A stretch of 64,000 nt of DNA from the human T2T-CHM13v2.0 reference genome, Homo sapiens. Shown piece by piece: positions 14,783-28,774 of this stretch. Where the stretch lies: NCBI RefSeq assembly GCF_009914755.1, contig NC_060928.1. The stretch is one strand, 5' to 3'. The first letter of the stretch is position 1; every line of letters starts with the position of its first letter. The notes under the pieces were generated by a model that made no database searches, was not told where the DNA came from, and saw nothing but the letters and a program-made list of their open reading frames with translations. The translations under genes were made by a program, and so were the position numbers.

Positions 14783-14945
14783 TAGCTATATGCACTTGGA
14801 TAGTTACTTAAGCACTCTATGCCTCAATGTTCTCATCAGTAACATAACAGTTTCTATCTCATAGGATTATTGTATTATATGAGTTTCTATAAATTAGTTA
14901 GAACAGTGTTTGGCACATAGTAAGTGCTTGAGAACTGCTAGCTTT
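14783..14945 (+). mobile_element. MIR
   Basis: MIR core (ttacttaagcactctatgcctcaatgttctcatc...agaacagtgtttggcacatagtaagtgct). Confidence 0.75.
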
Positions 14946-15929
14946 TAGTATAATAATGTTTTATTTTTAGGAGCCGATATTATAAAATGCAAGGTCATTA
15001 AGAGTAAAATATGCCTTATTTTTACAGAAGTAAATGTAATATCTTTCCGAGTATAGGTGATTAATAGCTATTGTTTAATTGGTGTGAGTATGTAGAAAAA
15101 GAAAATGTTTTAGGTAAGAGAAACAAGAAATTATATGTGTGGTTGTGATTAAGCTTTCATACCATAGTTCTTGTTTAATTGAATTAGCTTTTAATATTAT
15201 TCCTCTCAGTAAAATGACTTTTATACACATTAATTTGACTTGAATTGGACATGTATGTTTAAATATGCCTATTTTTATAAAACTATCCTATGAATATATA
15301 TGAACTAGGTGTAAGCAATGTATGGTTTATATATTTAAGAAATTAATTTGTTTCTAATAACTATATTTTGAGTTAGAAACACTAAAAGCGACAGCATGAA
15401 TTTTTAGTATCCTGGCTTAAGAGAAAGAAGATAATTGACATGTTTGGGTGAACATCTTTTACCTCGTATTTTCATTTTTGCTCAATTTTAGAACTAATGG
15501 GAACTTTAAACTTTTTTATCTTGAAAAACAAAATTGAAGGAAATACTTTTGAGAAACTTTGCTGTTAGAAAGATTTTGATTTCATTCCCATCAGAATGTC
15601 ATATAAATTACACAAATCAAATCTGTCGACATCCCAAGAATATTATAATTACACGTTCTTATGAATTACATGGGAATTGCACATACTGTGAAAAGCATTG
15701 TAATTGTAATTATTATGTAATATGTATTATAATTTATCCTATAGAAGTAACAAAGTCTTGTAATTAAATAAAGTAATAAATGTGTTGCTATATTACCATA
15801 ATTGACAAGTAATTGATAAGTTATCTTCTTTAGGACAAAATGGTCACTAGTAAGAATGGACCCAATTCAACTTTTATCTTAAGTTAAAATACTCATTAAA
15901 TTTAAGATGAGCATTGGGTATCTAAAATA

Positions 15930-16146
15930 ATCAGTCATAGAAATAGAGTCAAAAGTTGGTTTCCATAGACTGGTAGAGAGGGAAATGTGGAGTTGCTGCT
16001 CAACAAGTATAAAGTTTCATTTATGCAAGATCAATACGTTCTAAAGATCTGCTCTACAACATTATGTTTATAGTTAACAACACTGTATTGTATACCTTAC
16101 ATTTTGTTGAGGATAGATCTTATGTTCAGGGTTCCTACCACAATTT
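15930..16146 (+). mobile_element. L1MB-type 3'UTR fragment; its A-tail resumes at 16756
   Basis: gtataaagtttcatttatgcaagat...tatagttaacaacactgtattgtat...tagatcttatgtt. Confidence 0.75.
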
Positions 16147-16745
16147 TTAAAATTATACTTTAAGACTGGTATACATGTGCAGAATGTGCAGTTTTGTTAC
16201 ATAGGTATACACGTGCCATGGTGGTTTGCTGCACCCATCAACCCATCACCTACATTAGGTATTCCTCCTAATGTTATCCCTTCCCTAGCCCCCCACATCC
16301 CAATAGGCCCCGATGTGTGATGTTCCCCTTCCTATGTCCATGTGTTCTCATTGTTCAACTCCCACTATGAGTGAGCACATGCGGTGTTTGGTTTTCTGTT
16401 CTTGTGATAGTTTGCTGAGAATGATGGTTTCTGACTTCATCCATGTCCCTGCAAAGGACATGAACTCATCCTTTTTTATGGCTGCATAGTATTCCATGGT
16501 GTTTATGTGCCACATTTTCTTTAACCAATCTATTATTGATGGACATTTGGGTTGGTTCCAAGTCTTCGTTATTGTGAATAGTGCTGCAATAAACATACGT
16601 GCACATATGTCTTTATAGTAGATTGATTTATAATCCTTTGAGTATACACCCAGCAATGGGATTGCTGGATCAAATGGTATTTCTAGTTCTAGATCCTTGA
16701 GGAATCTCCACACTGTCTTCCACAATGGTTGAACTGATTTACATG
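16147..16745 (-). mobile_element. 5'-truncated L1PA (PA7-like) inserted just before the L1MB tail
   Basis: ORF2 C-terminus ([26 protein letters not shown]) plus 3'UTR; TSD accacaattt (16137-16146) / accacgattt (16746-16755). Confidence 0.9.
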
Positions 16746-17074
16746 ACCACGATTTAAAAAAAAAAAGAAAAGTAGTGGATTGACTCATGAAAGGTCAAGA
16801 AGCTTCAGAATGAAATTTTACACAGAAATATTCAGAATTTTAAAAAAACTTAGTCTATTGTATTTAATACAATTTCAATTTGAAACCTATATGATAAAAT
16901 GTGTGCAATTTTAAGAGTATTTTTAATTGAATCCTAAATGTTTCTTGTTGACTTTTAATTTCTGATTTGTGTGTTTGCATATTTGTATGTAAATTTTGGA
17001 TACTTAATAGTCTTCTAAAAACAATTTTGAAAAGTAAAACAGACTTTAAATTTATATAAAAAAATGATTCCAAC

Positions 17075-17342
17075 TTTTAGAATGCTTACTATATGCTGGG
17101 TACTAAGCATGTTATATTTATTGAACCCTATGAGTCAGACACTCATATAAGTGATTCAGATAACTCATTTAAAGCTCACTATAATCCTATAAGTAGATGC
17201 TGTTACCATCCCCATTTTCTAGGTGAGGAGCTAGGGCACAGTATAGTAAGGTGACTGTCCTAACATCATAGAATAATGATGGATTAATGGTATTCAACTC
17301 TAGCAGCTAGTTCCAGAATCCAGGCTCTTAATCACCATGCTA
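17075..17342 (-). mobile_element. MIR
   Basis: catccccattttctaggtgaggagctagggcacag...ttccagaatccaggctcttaatcaccatgc. Confidence 0.75.
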
Positions 17343-17779
17343 ACCATCTTCATTCAAATGGAAAACAGATAAGGAAGATAGAAGTTTAAGGTTGTTTTTC
17401 TGTGAATGAAGAACATCACCACCACCACATTTATTTAACAGCCTTACACACTTTAAAGTAGCACTTTTCAGATGGGACACATTGATTGCTCCAAGGGGAT
17501 AGGTACAAAGTAAATAAAATTTCCCCACGGCCCATCCTGCTGTCTTATCCTGGAAAGTATTAGTCACTTTTCTCAAAGTGTGATTCATGTAATATATAAC
17601 ATCATGTTAGGTGCTCTTTTCAAAAGCTTACCTTTCAGTGGGATTGTATGTCAAGAATTACAAACTTGTACGATCATGAGTAAGTTACCCAGCCATTCAA
17701 GGATTCAGTTTTTCTATCTGTAAACAATCCCATTAGACTGAATGAGTTCTAAGCATATTTTAGATGAGTTTAGGATATA

Positions 17780-17960
17780 CAATGGAGAAAAAAATGCAGG
17801 CTTTGTAGGCAGAGGGCCAGCTTCACTGATGAAGTTACCAATTTACTGAATCTCTACTTTTACCACTGTGAAACTGAGATGAAAATAATCTATTTTACAG
17901 AATGGTTGTGAGGATTAACTTAACTAGCTAGTGCACATTCAAGAAATATTAGCCGTTATT
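17780..17960 (+). mobile_element. MIR, degenerate
   Basis: ctgtgaaactgagatgaaaataatctattttacagaatggttgtgaggattaa. Confidence 0.55.
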
Positions 17961-20900
17961 CTTATAAAATAATATAATAATTGTATTTACTATAAAATTT
18001 GACCCAATTGCAAATGACTGTTTGTCATGGAGTTTATTACTAAGGGAACTTAATTTAAAATAACTGACATGGAATTTTAAATGATCTGGTGAGATTTAAA
18101 TGATTCTGTTAGTATGCTTTTAATATGCTTGATTAAATGTCTTTGTGTATAAATATAAATACCATGCTTAGTCAGGGATATAGCTTTTATTTAGCTCCTA
18201 ATACAAAGTCCCAATTGCTCTGCAGGTGATTCACATCTTGAAAGGGTATAAAAGTGATTCTACACTCATTTTCAATCCAACTTGAATTTCTGTTTCATTA
18301 TTTTCTAATGAAATTGAATTTGGTAATACTTGACACCTGATAAGATTTTGTTTATCTTGCTATAAAAAATAGACTAATAAAACAGATTTCCACAGCGCTC
18401 AATCTTGGCTATAGCATTTTACAGCCACATAAAAATTATCATCCATCCACTTACAATATTCTATCTTTATGGCTTTTCATAAGCAATATTGCTTTCAGTT
18501 TGGTATTGAATTTTAAGAAACTAAAATATAATTGTACACATTGTATATTTCTGTAATGAAATTGAGTTAAACACAATTGTCTAGATTCCTTTGTCACTTT
18601 TTATGGACAACATTTATTCAAAATGCAGTGGACATGTGAACAAATTTGGGTCTTTATAATATGGCAAATGCAGTTGCCTTGCTTTTGGAAAATAAAGCAT
18701 CCTAAAATTGGCATCAATTACTAATTAGAATGTTAGAGTTTAAAATAAGACTATGATCTTCAGAGAGTGATTGGACTACTGAGATCGTAGTACATCATCA
18801 CTGGATGGTCTAGGTGCAGTCCCAACTTGATTTTCTTTCTCTACTCCCATTTTCAGATTTTTCATCAGACTCTCTAGTTGTTTATTTCCAACCACCTTTC
18901 ATGCCCTGTGTGTAATTATGAATAATATATTCTTTTAAGTATTCGTAGGTACAGTTTCTGTTCCTTACTGTTTTCACTTGTTTCTTAGATTTATAGGTAT
19001 TGATAATGTGTAATTCTCTCCTTTTGATACATTATTGCATTTTAGTATTGTTTGAAATTCAATCGAATGAAAAGTACTTTATTAATCATCACTCTATTGT
19101 CTGTCTATTATTTTTCAAAATCTTTAGAAATGCAAACAATGCTGCAATCAACATCTTCCTGTTTATATCTATTTATATGTGCCAAGTTTCCTGCAGGTTT
19201 CTGAGGTCTTCCTTATGCTTATCAATTATGAAAAGATTAAAGGCAAAAGGATAGTTCTGAGGGAAACATATTACCCCTCCAAGGCAGGAATAAATACAGC
19301 ATTGATTTATCTTGTATCAAATTAAAGAGTTTTTGATAATATTAGTTCTTCTATTATCATAATACTTTTTCTTTTCAAGCTATTATTTCATTTTTATGCC
19401 ATCACAGAATAAAATGTCAATATTATGTACTAATCCTACCTTATTTCTCCCTTAAGAATTTTAGATTCTGTTTTGGTCTTTCAGAGACATAATTTCAGAT
19501 GTTCTTGACTGATCGTTTTTGATATCTATATCTATTTCTCTTTCAATTTAAGTACGTTCAAATGCATCTTGCAGAATAATATATGATGGAACAATAATCT
19601 TTTTTAAAGAAAACAGGTACTACACTATAATATTTAGCTATTAACCTTATTTGTTTTTAAAAGTACATAAAAAGTCACTTGACACCAAAATAAACATTTG
19701 TTAAGAACCCATTACGTGCCCAATTCTGTTACCATTTTATTATTTATTCACCTATATATACTATTTATTTAGATCAATACAGTATCACAGTGTAGATTAA
19801 GAAAGCAAGAGTGAGAAAGTAAAAATCTGTAAACATTTTGAAGCAAACATATGAAAGCAAAATTCTTAATTACTAGGTTTTTGTTGATTTTTGTTAATAA
19901 GGCCACAAACTTTACTGATATTTATGCACACGATAAATATACTTAAATTAACCTGTCTTACACTCATGTTGTCATGAGTAAAATCTCAAGCATAAGAATT
20001 TTATTATATTTTCATCTGAAAATATATTAAGTACTATTGAATGTAATTCTATTGTCTATAATCTCAGTTACGTGTTTTTTTCCTTTAGCATGCTTTAAAA
20101 GTTAATTAAGATAAGTATATTCTATACTAGAAAATTTTTATCATTATAAAACTATCTATATTAAACAGACTAGATAGATCTGAGACATACAACCTATGCC
20201 TCATTTCTATATTTTCACTTCACTAGCAATGTGTTTATAGCATTGTGTAACACTTTAAAAAATTTTTAGCTTTCATTGTTTATATCTCATGTATTTTACA
20301 AATACATCTTATGTTGGAAAATAATTGAGACTAGAAAGACATAATTTATCATTCAAATCCTCTTAAAATATCTTGGTTGGGATACTTGGTATATATGTTC
20401 AGAACATAAGTATTTTCACATAAAATTATATACAATAAGCATTCAAAAGAATAGGGGGAAAAAAGCTATTACAATGGTATACCATAGTATTTCAGTCATT
20501 GTGTTTAAACTTGTGCCTGTGTGTGAATATAGTGGACATTTTTCTCTTAGAAATATTGTAAAAACAGTTTTTATTGCATAGGGTATGTGTATTATTTGAA
20601 ACGTATTAGATTTTAAATTTACTTTACTACAGACTATGTGAAATCTGAATATTGACTTCATTCTAACCTGTGCTGACTTCCCAGTTAAACTATTGATTAT
20701 TTTGCTTACAATGCACCAGTATGCACATGTGTGCATGGGCACAACTATTTTTACTTTGTTAAGATTTTATTTGCTGATACATAAAGGTAACAAGCACCCA
20801 ATTTATTGCTGAAAGAATATTAAAGGTGTTATTTAGTTCTCAATTGACTTACCTTTGAAATATGATTGTTTTCCAAAAAAAGAAAACATTATGAAATGGA

Positions 20901-21202
20901 CACATGGCAAAACAAAGAATATCATTCGGCTAAGTTGAAAACCATTTTAGAAATGTTCGATTATATGAATGTACTACATATTTCTTTTCCTACTTCTTTA
21001 GCTTCTCAAATGAATGCAAACTCTGATTCTTTTCTACACTTTTATGAGTGTGCTTTTGTACATCTACATACCACGACTTTTTAGTCAAGTGCTAAACCTA
21101 TTAATGATGGAAATCCTCTAGCGTTTTATTGGTTCTTTCATTCATGTAAACAATCTGTTTTATTGTATATAAGCCTTTTGTAAATAAAAATTTGGCTAGC
21201 TT

Positions 21203-21533
<331 letters not shown>

Positions 21534-21584
21534 CTAATACATTCACAGAGCTCAAATTTGGAAAAATAAAACTATAAACTGTGA

Positions 21585-22014
<430 letters not shown>

Positions 22015-22183
22015 TCTTCCCATTTTTATCTAAATCGAAGCATTCTATACAATTGTCTAACACCTTGTTATTTTAATTAAGGATATATGTTTTAGATTTT
22101 TCTAAATTAGTTCACAGGTTTTTTTTTTCTTTATTGTTGGTTCACTGCTGCATACTTTTTCCATTGTATAGATGCAACATAAT

Positions 22184-22544
22184 TGATATGGTTTGGCTCT
22201 GTGTCCCCACCAAATCTCATCTCGAATTATAATCCTCACTTGTCGAGGGAGGGACCTGGTGGGAGGTGATTGGATCACCAGGGCAGTTCCCCTATGCTGT
22301 TCTCATGATAGTGAGGGAGTTCTGGTGAGATCTGGTGGTTTCAAAGTTTGTAGCAGTTCCCCATCCACCCCCTCTTGCTGCCTTGTAAAGAAGGTTCTTG
22401 CTTCTTCTTTGCCTTCCTCTGTGATTGTAAGTTTCCTGAGGCCTCCCTAGCTGTGTGGAACTGTGAGTCAATTAAACCTCTTTTCTCTATAGATTATCCA
22501 GTCTCAATTAGTTCTTTATAGCAGTGTGATAATGGACTACTACA
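22184..22544 (+). mobile_element. THE1D-like MaLR solo LTR
   Basis: tgatatggtttggctctgtgtccccac...caattaaacctcttt...ggactactaca; perfect 5-bp TSD ataat. Confidence 0.93.
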
Positions 22545-22549
22545 ATAAT

Positions 22550-23150
22550 TAATTTAATTAAACACCTATTTATAGACATCTGTGAATAGAATTATAGTAC
22601 AAATAATACTATAATGAATAACTCTCGATGTGTGTATGTATTTCTATAGAATAAATTCCATGAAGAGGATTTGCATATTCAATAAATATATAGATTTATT
22701 TCAATAGATACAGACAACGTTTTCTGTATCAGGCTTAAAACAATTTACAATGTACTAGCATTTTATGAGAGTGTCTGTTTCCTATACCCTCATCTAGAGA
22801 ATATGCTATCAAACTTCCGTACTTTTATTAACTGGTAGGTGAAAAAAATATCTCTATGTAGATTTATTTGCACCTCTCTAATAATAAATGAAATTGAGCT
22901 TATTTTATAATCATAAAAGGGACATATATTCCTTTATGTGAACTTTTCTTTTTTACTACTGGATTTTTGTATTGTGTTACTGATTTTTAGGAGGTTTATA
23001 CATTAGGGAAATTAGCTCTTTGTAGTAATAGAACTTCTATATTTCCCGTTTTAAAAAAGTTGATTGTAGTCATTTTTAATTTTTATGTTATTTAAGTTAT
23101 ATTTTGTTTTATTAAGTTTTGGTTTTGGAAAGGCTTCTCCCACTCTGATA
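22550..23150 (-). mobile_element. Old L1M (L1ME-like) fragment; further pieces at ~21540-22180
   Basis: Decayed antisense L1 3' region (caatttacaatgtactagcattttatgagagtgtctgtttcc), split by the Alu and THE1 insertions. Confidence 0.55.
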
Positions 23151-23444
23151 GTGTGAAAGTAAAGAAATGTGTATTATGGATCTAATACGAGTATGTATGA
23201 GGTACTATATCAGTTGCTATTATCAATACCTCCCTGCCCAGAGAGGTATTTGGGGGTAATCAATGTGAAAATGACTGAGAAATACTAGGTTGAATAAAAT
23301 AAGTGATATAATAATATATAAGCCACATTAATTTACTCTTTATTATATTGATTACCAGTTATAATTTTTAGTTATATGAATGAAAATTTGATTAGCAATT
23401 CTTCTCTTTCAGACCCCATTAAGCTCCGTGAGATTTAGAAAGTA

Positions 23445-24043
23445 TAGTCGTGTGCCATGTAACAACATTTCAGTCAATGACAAACTATATATTGTCTGTG
23501 GGTGGTCCTGTAAAATTATAATGGGGCTGAAAAATTCTTATCACCTAGTGACACTGTGGCCATCATAACGTCATAGCACAACTGCTTTATTTCTTAATAA
23601 AGTGTAGCCTAAGTGTACAGTGTTTATAAAGTCTACAGTAGTGTACAGTAATTTCCTAGGCCTTCACCGTCACTCAGCACTCATTCACTGACTCGCCCAA
23701 GGCAGCTTCCAGTACTGCAACCTCCAAACAAGGCAAATGCCCTCCCTACACAGGTGTACCATTTTTTATCTTTCATTCTCTCATTTTTAGTTTCCTTTTT
23801 AAAATATAGACATATGTTTGGATACATAAACATTTACCATGTGTTACAGTATTCTGTTAAAATTGCCTGCAGTATTCAGTACAATAACTGCTGTACGGGT
23901 TTGTAGCCTAGAAGCAATGGGCTGTACCATAGAGCATAGGTATGCCACAGTCCATCTAGGTTTGTGTAAGTACATCTTATGATATGTGCACAACAATGAA
24001 ATCACCTAACCACGTGTCTGTGTTGTTAGATGATGCATGACTG
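23445..24043. mobile_element. Tigger3/MER7-type DNA transposon relic inside an L2 3' fragment (23411-24137)
   Basis: TIR-like ends tagtcgtgtgcc / gatgcatgactg with TA duplications; internal cattcactgactcgccc motif. Confidence 0.85.
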
Positions 24044-25404
24044 TATGTCTGTCTTGTTTATCAAAGTGTCCCAAGAGTCTAGCTCAGAGCCTAGAAAATG
24101 GTAGACACTTAAGCATCTACTTACTAAATAATAAATCAGTGTTTATCACAGTACCTCACACTGTAAACTAAGTCTACCTGGAAAGACACATGTTTAAGCA
24201 AATAATCATAGTATAGGTTCTGAGAAGTAACACTAATAGGGACAAGGCATTGAGACCGCTTGAGGAAGGAGCTCCTGACTCTGTCTGAGGGCGACTTCTG
24301 GAGGGAGACTTATCAACTGAGCACACAGTCTTGAATTATGGTACTCCGGCTGCACAAAATATTCAGAAGGAATAAAAGTCATAGCAGAAAAAGGGAAGCA
24401 AACTATTGTAATGGTTTGTTTTAACTGCTACAGACTTTTTGTTTGTTTTTTTTTTGTTTATTTGTGGAATCGCTGGTATTTTTGGTAGTAGGGGAATGTT
24501 AAAATAGGGGTACTTAATTTAGGAATATCTTGTGGAATAGGTTATGTTCGTAATTAGAATATGGAAAAACGGCGTAGCAACTCAATAGGCAGAAAATTGA
24601 TGGGAAGGATCCAGGTCTAAAAGAACACGTTCAAAGTTACAGAGAAGCCATAAAATACTTTGTTGTTTTTTTAAAAAACAGATATTATTTAGAACAGCAG
24701 AAGCCTAACAAAAGCAATACGGGTAAAAAATGAGATAGGGTGTCCTCTTAGAGAAGTTTAAAAATGAAAGGGTGTAAGCTTACCAATTCAATATCTTAAT
24801 AAAATAATTTTTTGTTTGTTTTTCACTCCTGAATGTAATTATGCATAGTAAGAATATCCACAGCTTTCCATAACTGGTATGAAGATTGATGGCAGTTTTT
24901 TCTGTTTTATCTATTTTATCTCATAAATATTTCTCAATAGCAGTTATTTTACAGAATATAATAGAGACTAAGAGTATTGACCTAAATCTGAACTTGCCAT
25001 ACATATTCCTATGATACAAATGAGCCAAGGATTTTCTTTACAACTTGTCCTCTTAGGTCAGGAGCCATTCCAAGATTCCCCTTGGCTCAGGGTCCTGGTG
25101 AAAGACATAGTCCAATGATGATGACATCAGATAGTTTTATGAGTCTATATTCTTTACTTTTTAGTTTGAAATTTATTTAGAGCACTTTTCAAAATAGTTT
25201 CTTCCTAACATGGCCGTAGAGTTCTGTTGTTGTTGTTGTTGTTTGTTTGTTTTGTCTATGTTCCATGATGTTTAATGAATTTACCTGCTGGCATGTACAT
25301 GGGCAATATCAAGGTTTGGTGGCAGCAGCTGCACATTTTCTTGTTAGTGCAACAATGCTTATCTAACACTTTCCATGGTATTTCATGTATAACAAAAGTG
25401 TCTA

Positions 25405-25702
25405 GGCTGGGTGTAGTGGCCCATGCCTGTGATCCCAAGCACTTTGGGAGGCTGAGGTGGGAGAATCACTTGAGTCCTGGAGTTTGAGACCAGCGTAGAC
25501 AAGATGATGAAACTCTGTCTCTACAAAAAATATTTAAAAGTTAGCTGGGAGTGGTGGCTGTGTCTGTACTCTCAGCTACTCTGGAGGCTGAGGTGGGAGG
25601 ATAACCTGAGCCCATGAGATCACGGCTGCAGAGATTCGTGATCATGCCACTGCACTCCAGCCTGAGTGACAGAGTGAGACCCTGTCTCAAAAAAAAAAAA
25701 AA
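25405..25702 (+). mobile_element. AluJ
   Basis: Dimer with J diagnostics and an A-tail; degenerate TSD aaagtgtcta / aatgtatcta. Confidence 0.92.
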
Positions 25703-26341
25703 TGTATCTAAACATTTAGAAAATTCAAAATGCAAACTTGCTTTAAATACTCAAAAATAAATTGCTTTCTCTTACTTTTCATCGTCTGAGAGTTAGAAGA
25801 TTGTTAGAAAAGATTTCGGCACCATCTATCTCTCATGCTTCTTAAAGCATGTGTAGTATTAAATTACAGGAATTTATATGTAGTTCTTTTATATATTTTT
25901 TGAAAACTTATGAACTACTGGGAAGTATTTATGCTAACAATTTTAATTAGACACAAGAAAGTAAATTAAGGTATTTATACCATTTAAAGCTTTATTTGAG
26001 ATATCTCCACTAATTATTTTGGCATGCTTTCATGTAAAACAATTCAACTTTCATTTGGAGTTCATAGTTTTGAGCCCAGCCTATAATTTGCTTTTTGTCT
26101 TACTTTCATTTGAATCTAACCACTATGTTGTACAAAACTGTGCTTATGTGATTACAACTGGAACGCAACATCATAAGTAACTGACATAAACATGCCAAAG
26201 CAGTAGAAGAAAGCTCCTTGGATTAGCTGTATTTGAGCAATACTCTTTTTTCTGGTCTCTGCCCATCCATTTGTGGCTCCCTGCAATCAATTTTCATCAT
26301 TGAAGGTAGATTAATTATATCACTGTAGTTACATTATATTA

Positions 26342-26421
26342 TTAGGTTGGTTCAAACATTATTGTGGTTTTTGCTGTTACTTTCGATGTCAAGAACCACA
26401 ATTACTTTTGCACCAACCTAA
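26342..26421. mobile_element. MADE1 (Hsmar1-derived 80-bp MITE)
   Basis: Exactly 80 bp; inverted ends ttaggttgg / ccaacctaa; TA on both sides. Confidence 0.93.
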
Positions 26422-28038
26422 TAAGACTTTCTATTTTATGCCATCTTCCCTCTTACTTTCTGTGATCTAGGCACATTGGATTTATTTCAGTTCCTCAAAG
26501 TTTTGTTTCTGTTTGGTAGGATTTTAAATTAAGATAATATATATAAATCACACAGAGTACTACATGGCATATAGCAAGCTTTCAATAAATGTACTGGTAT
26601 TTATGATGTTTTGCCTAAGAACTTATGAAGAAAGGAAATAGGAATCACTTAAACACCAAGATCAAGTAAATTTTTCTCCAAAAATTTTCTCTAATCAATC
26701 TTGCCTCAATGAGAGTTAATTTTTGAAGGTGATAGAAAGTATGAGAAAGTCGATGACTTCAGTTTTGAATTATTAGAGATTCTGCTTCAAGACATAGAAA
26801 TGGAGATTTATTTAGGCAGCTACATAGATTTACAGTATACATAATGCTGCCAATGTTAATAATCGTGTGGGGAGGTAAATGAGAAAATGAGACTTAGACA
26901 GGTTAAATTATTTCTTTAAGATCAAGGCTATTTCTGCTACACCATGTTGTCTTCCAATAGTGAAACCATGAGTGGAGCTCAGCTAGGGAAACAGAGAGAT
27001 AGCCAAGCCACAGATGGATCTAAATTAGGAAAAGAAGTCAAAGCCACAGAGAAAGTCTAGTCAGAGACAGAGCAGGACAAAAAGCACAATGTCTCAAACA
27101 TCCAGAAAAGAATTTCCAAAAGTATTTATTGAAAATAACCAAAAGCCAATTAAGATAAAGTTGTATGAAAATGTCCTTGGTGCCTAGGGACTTCCTACTT
27201 TCATGTGTTACCTGTCTTCCTGGCAATTGCACATAAGGTGTGAGTGAAGGCCTGCTGAGATCATATTTGCCTGCTAAGTCAGGTGGGTAACACATGAATT
27301 ATCAAAGCCCTGGAACTAAAGAAACTGAAGAGGCCATGCTTAGTGTCCTTGCCTTTGCATTTAAATTAAGATTCAGACTTTCAGAGAGAAAGGAAAATAT
27401 GAGAAATAAATGTCAGATTAACTGGGCCAAAAATAAAACTTGTATTTTTGGTGCATATCTAAAGATATCAGAATACTAGGGTATTGACTAGGGATTAAGT
27501 ATATCTCATACCCTGGGGGAAGCATGTTTGTTCAGAAGGCAGTTTATTTGACCATAAAGGAATTTGAACTGTTGTGGGAGGAAAACATGTATGGACTACA
27601 CATAATGTCATAAAACAAGAAAAATATTGAGGCGCTATTCTGCAATTTGCAGCTACGTAATTATAGATCAAACAGCTCTAATAATAAATGGACCTCCAGA
27701 GCCTCACGATCTCAGAATGGATGTTTAAAATAATTAATATGAGGGCAGCCAAGATGGCCGAATAGGAACAGCTCCGGTCTACAGCTCCCAGCGTGAGCGA
27801 TGCAGAAGACGGGTGATTTCTGCATTTCCATCTGAGGTACTGGGTTCATCTCACTAGGGAGTGCCAGACAGTGGGCGCAGGACAGTGGGTGCAGCGCACC
27901 CTGCGCCAGCCGAAGCAGGGCGAGGCATTGCCTCACTCAGGAAGCGCAAGGGGTCAGGGAGTTCCCTTCCCTAGTCAAAGAAAGGGGTGACAGATGGCAC
28001 CTGGAAAATCGGGTCACTCCCACCCTAATACTCCGCTT

Positions 28039-28191
28039 TTACAAAGGGCTTAAAAAATGGCACACCAGGAGATTATATCTCGCACCTGGTTTGGAGGGTC
28101 CTACGCCCACAGAGTCTCGCTGATTGCTAGCACAGCAGTCTGAGATCAAACTGCAAGGCAGCAGCGAGGCAGGGGGAGGGGCGCCCGCCAT
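28039..28191 (-). pseudogene. L1 ORF0, ATG retained, stops early at 50 aa
   Basis: MAGAPPPASLLPCSLISDCCASNQRDSVGVGPS... in the ORF track. Confidence 0.8.
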
Positions 28192-28774
28192 TGCCCAGGC
28201 TTGCTTAGGTAAACAAAGCAGCCAGGAAGCTCGAACTGGGTGGAGCCCACCACAGCTCAAGGAGGCCTGCCTGCCTCTGTAGGCTCCACCTCTGGGGGCA
28301 GGGCACAGACAAACAAAAAGACAGCAGTAACCTCTGCAGACTTAAATGTCCCTGTCTGACAGCTTTGAAGAGAGCAGTGGTTCTCCCAGCACACAGCCGG
28401 AGATCTGAGAATGGGCAGACTACCTCCTCAAGTGGGTCCCTGACCCCTGACCCCTGAGCAGCCTAACTGGGAGGCACCCCCCAGTAGGGGCAGACTGACA
28501 CCTCACACGGCCGGGTACTCTTCTGAGACAAAACTTCCAGAGGAATGATCAGACAGCAGCATTCGCGGTTCATGAAAATCTGCGGTTCTGCAGCCACCAC
28601 TGCTGTCACCCAGGCAAACAGGGTCTGGAGTGGACCTCTAGCAAACTCCAACAGACCTGCAGCTGAGGGTCCTGTCTGTTAGAAGGAAAACTAACAAACA
28701 GAAAGGACATCCACACCAAAAACCCATCTGTACATCACCATCATCAAAGACCAAAAGTAGATAAAACCACAAAG

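Noticed and set aside
24460-24650. Possible NUMT or ancient coding fragment (strand-skewed, several CpGs)
   Set aside because: Only faint resemblance to mitochondrial ND1, with no consistent colinear alignment.
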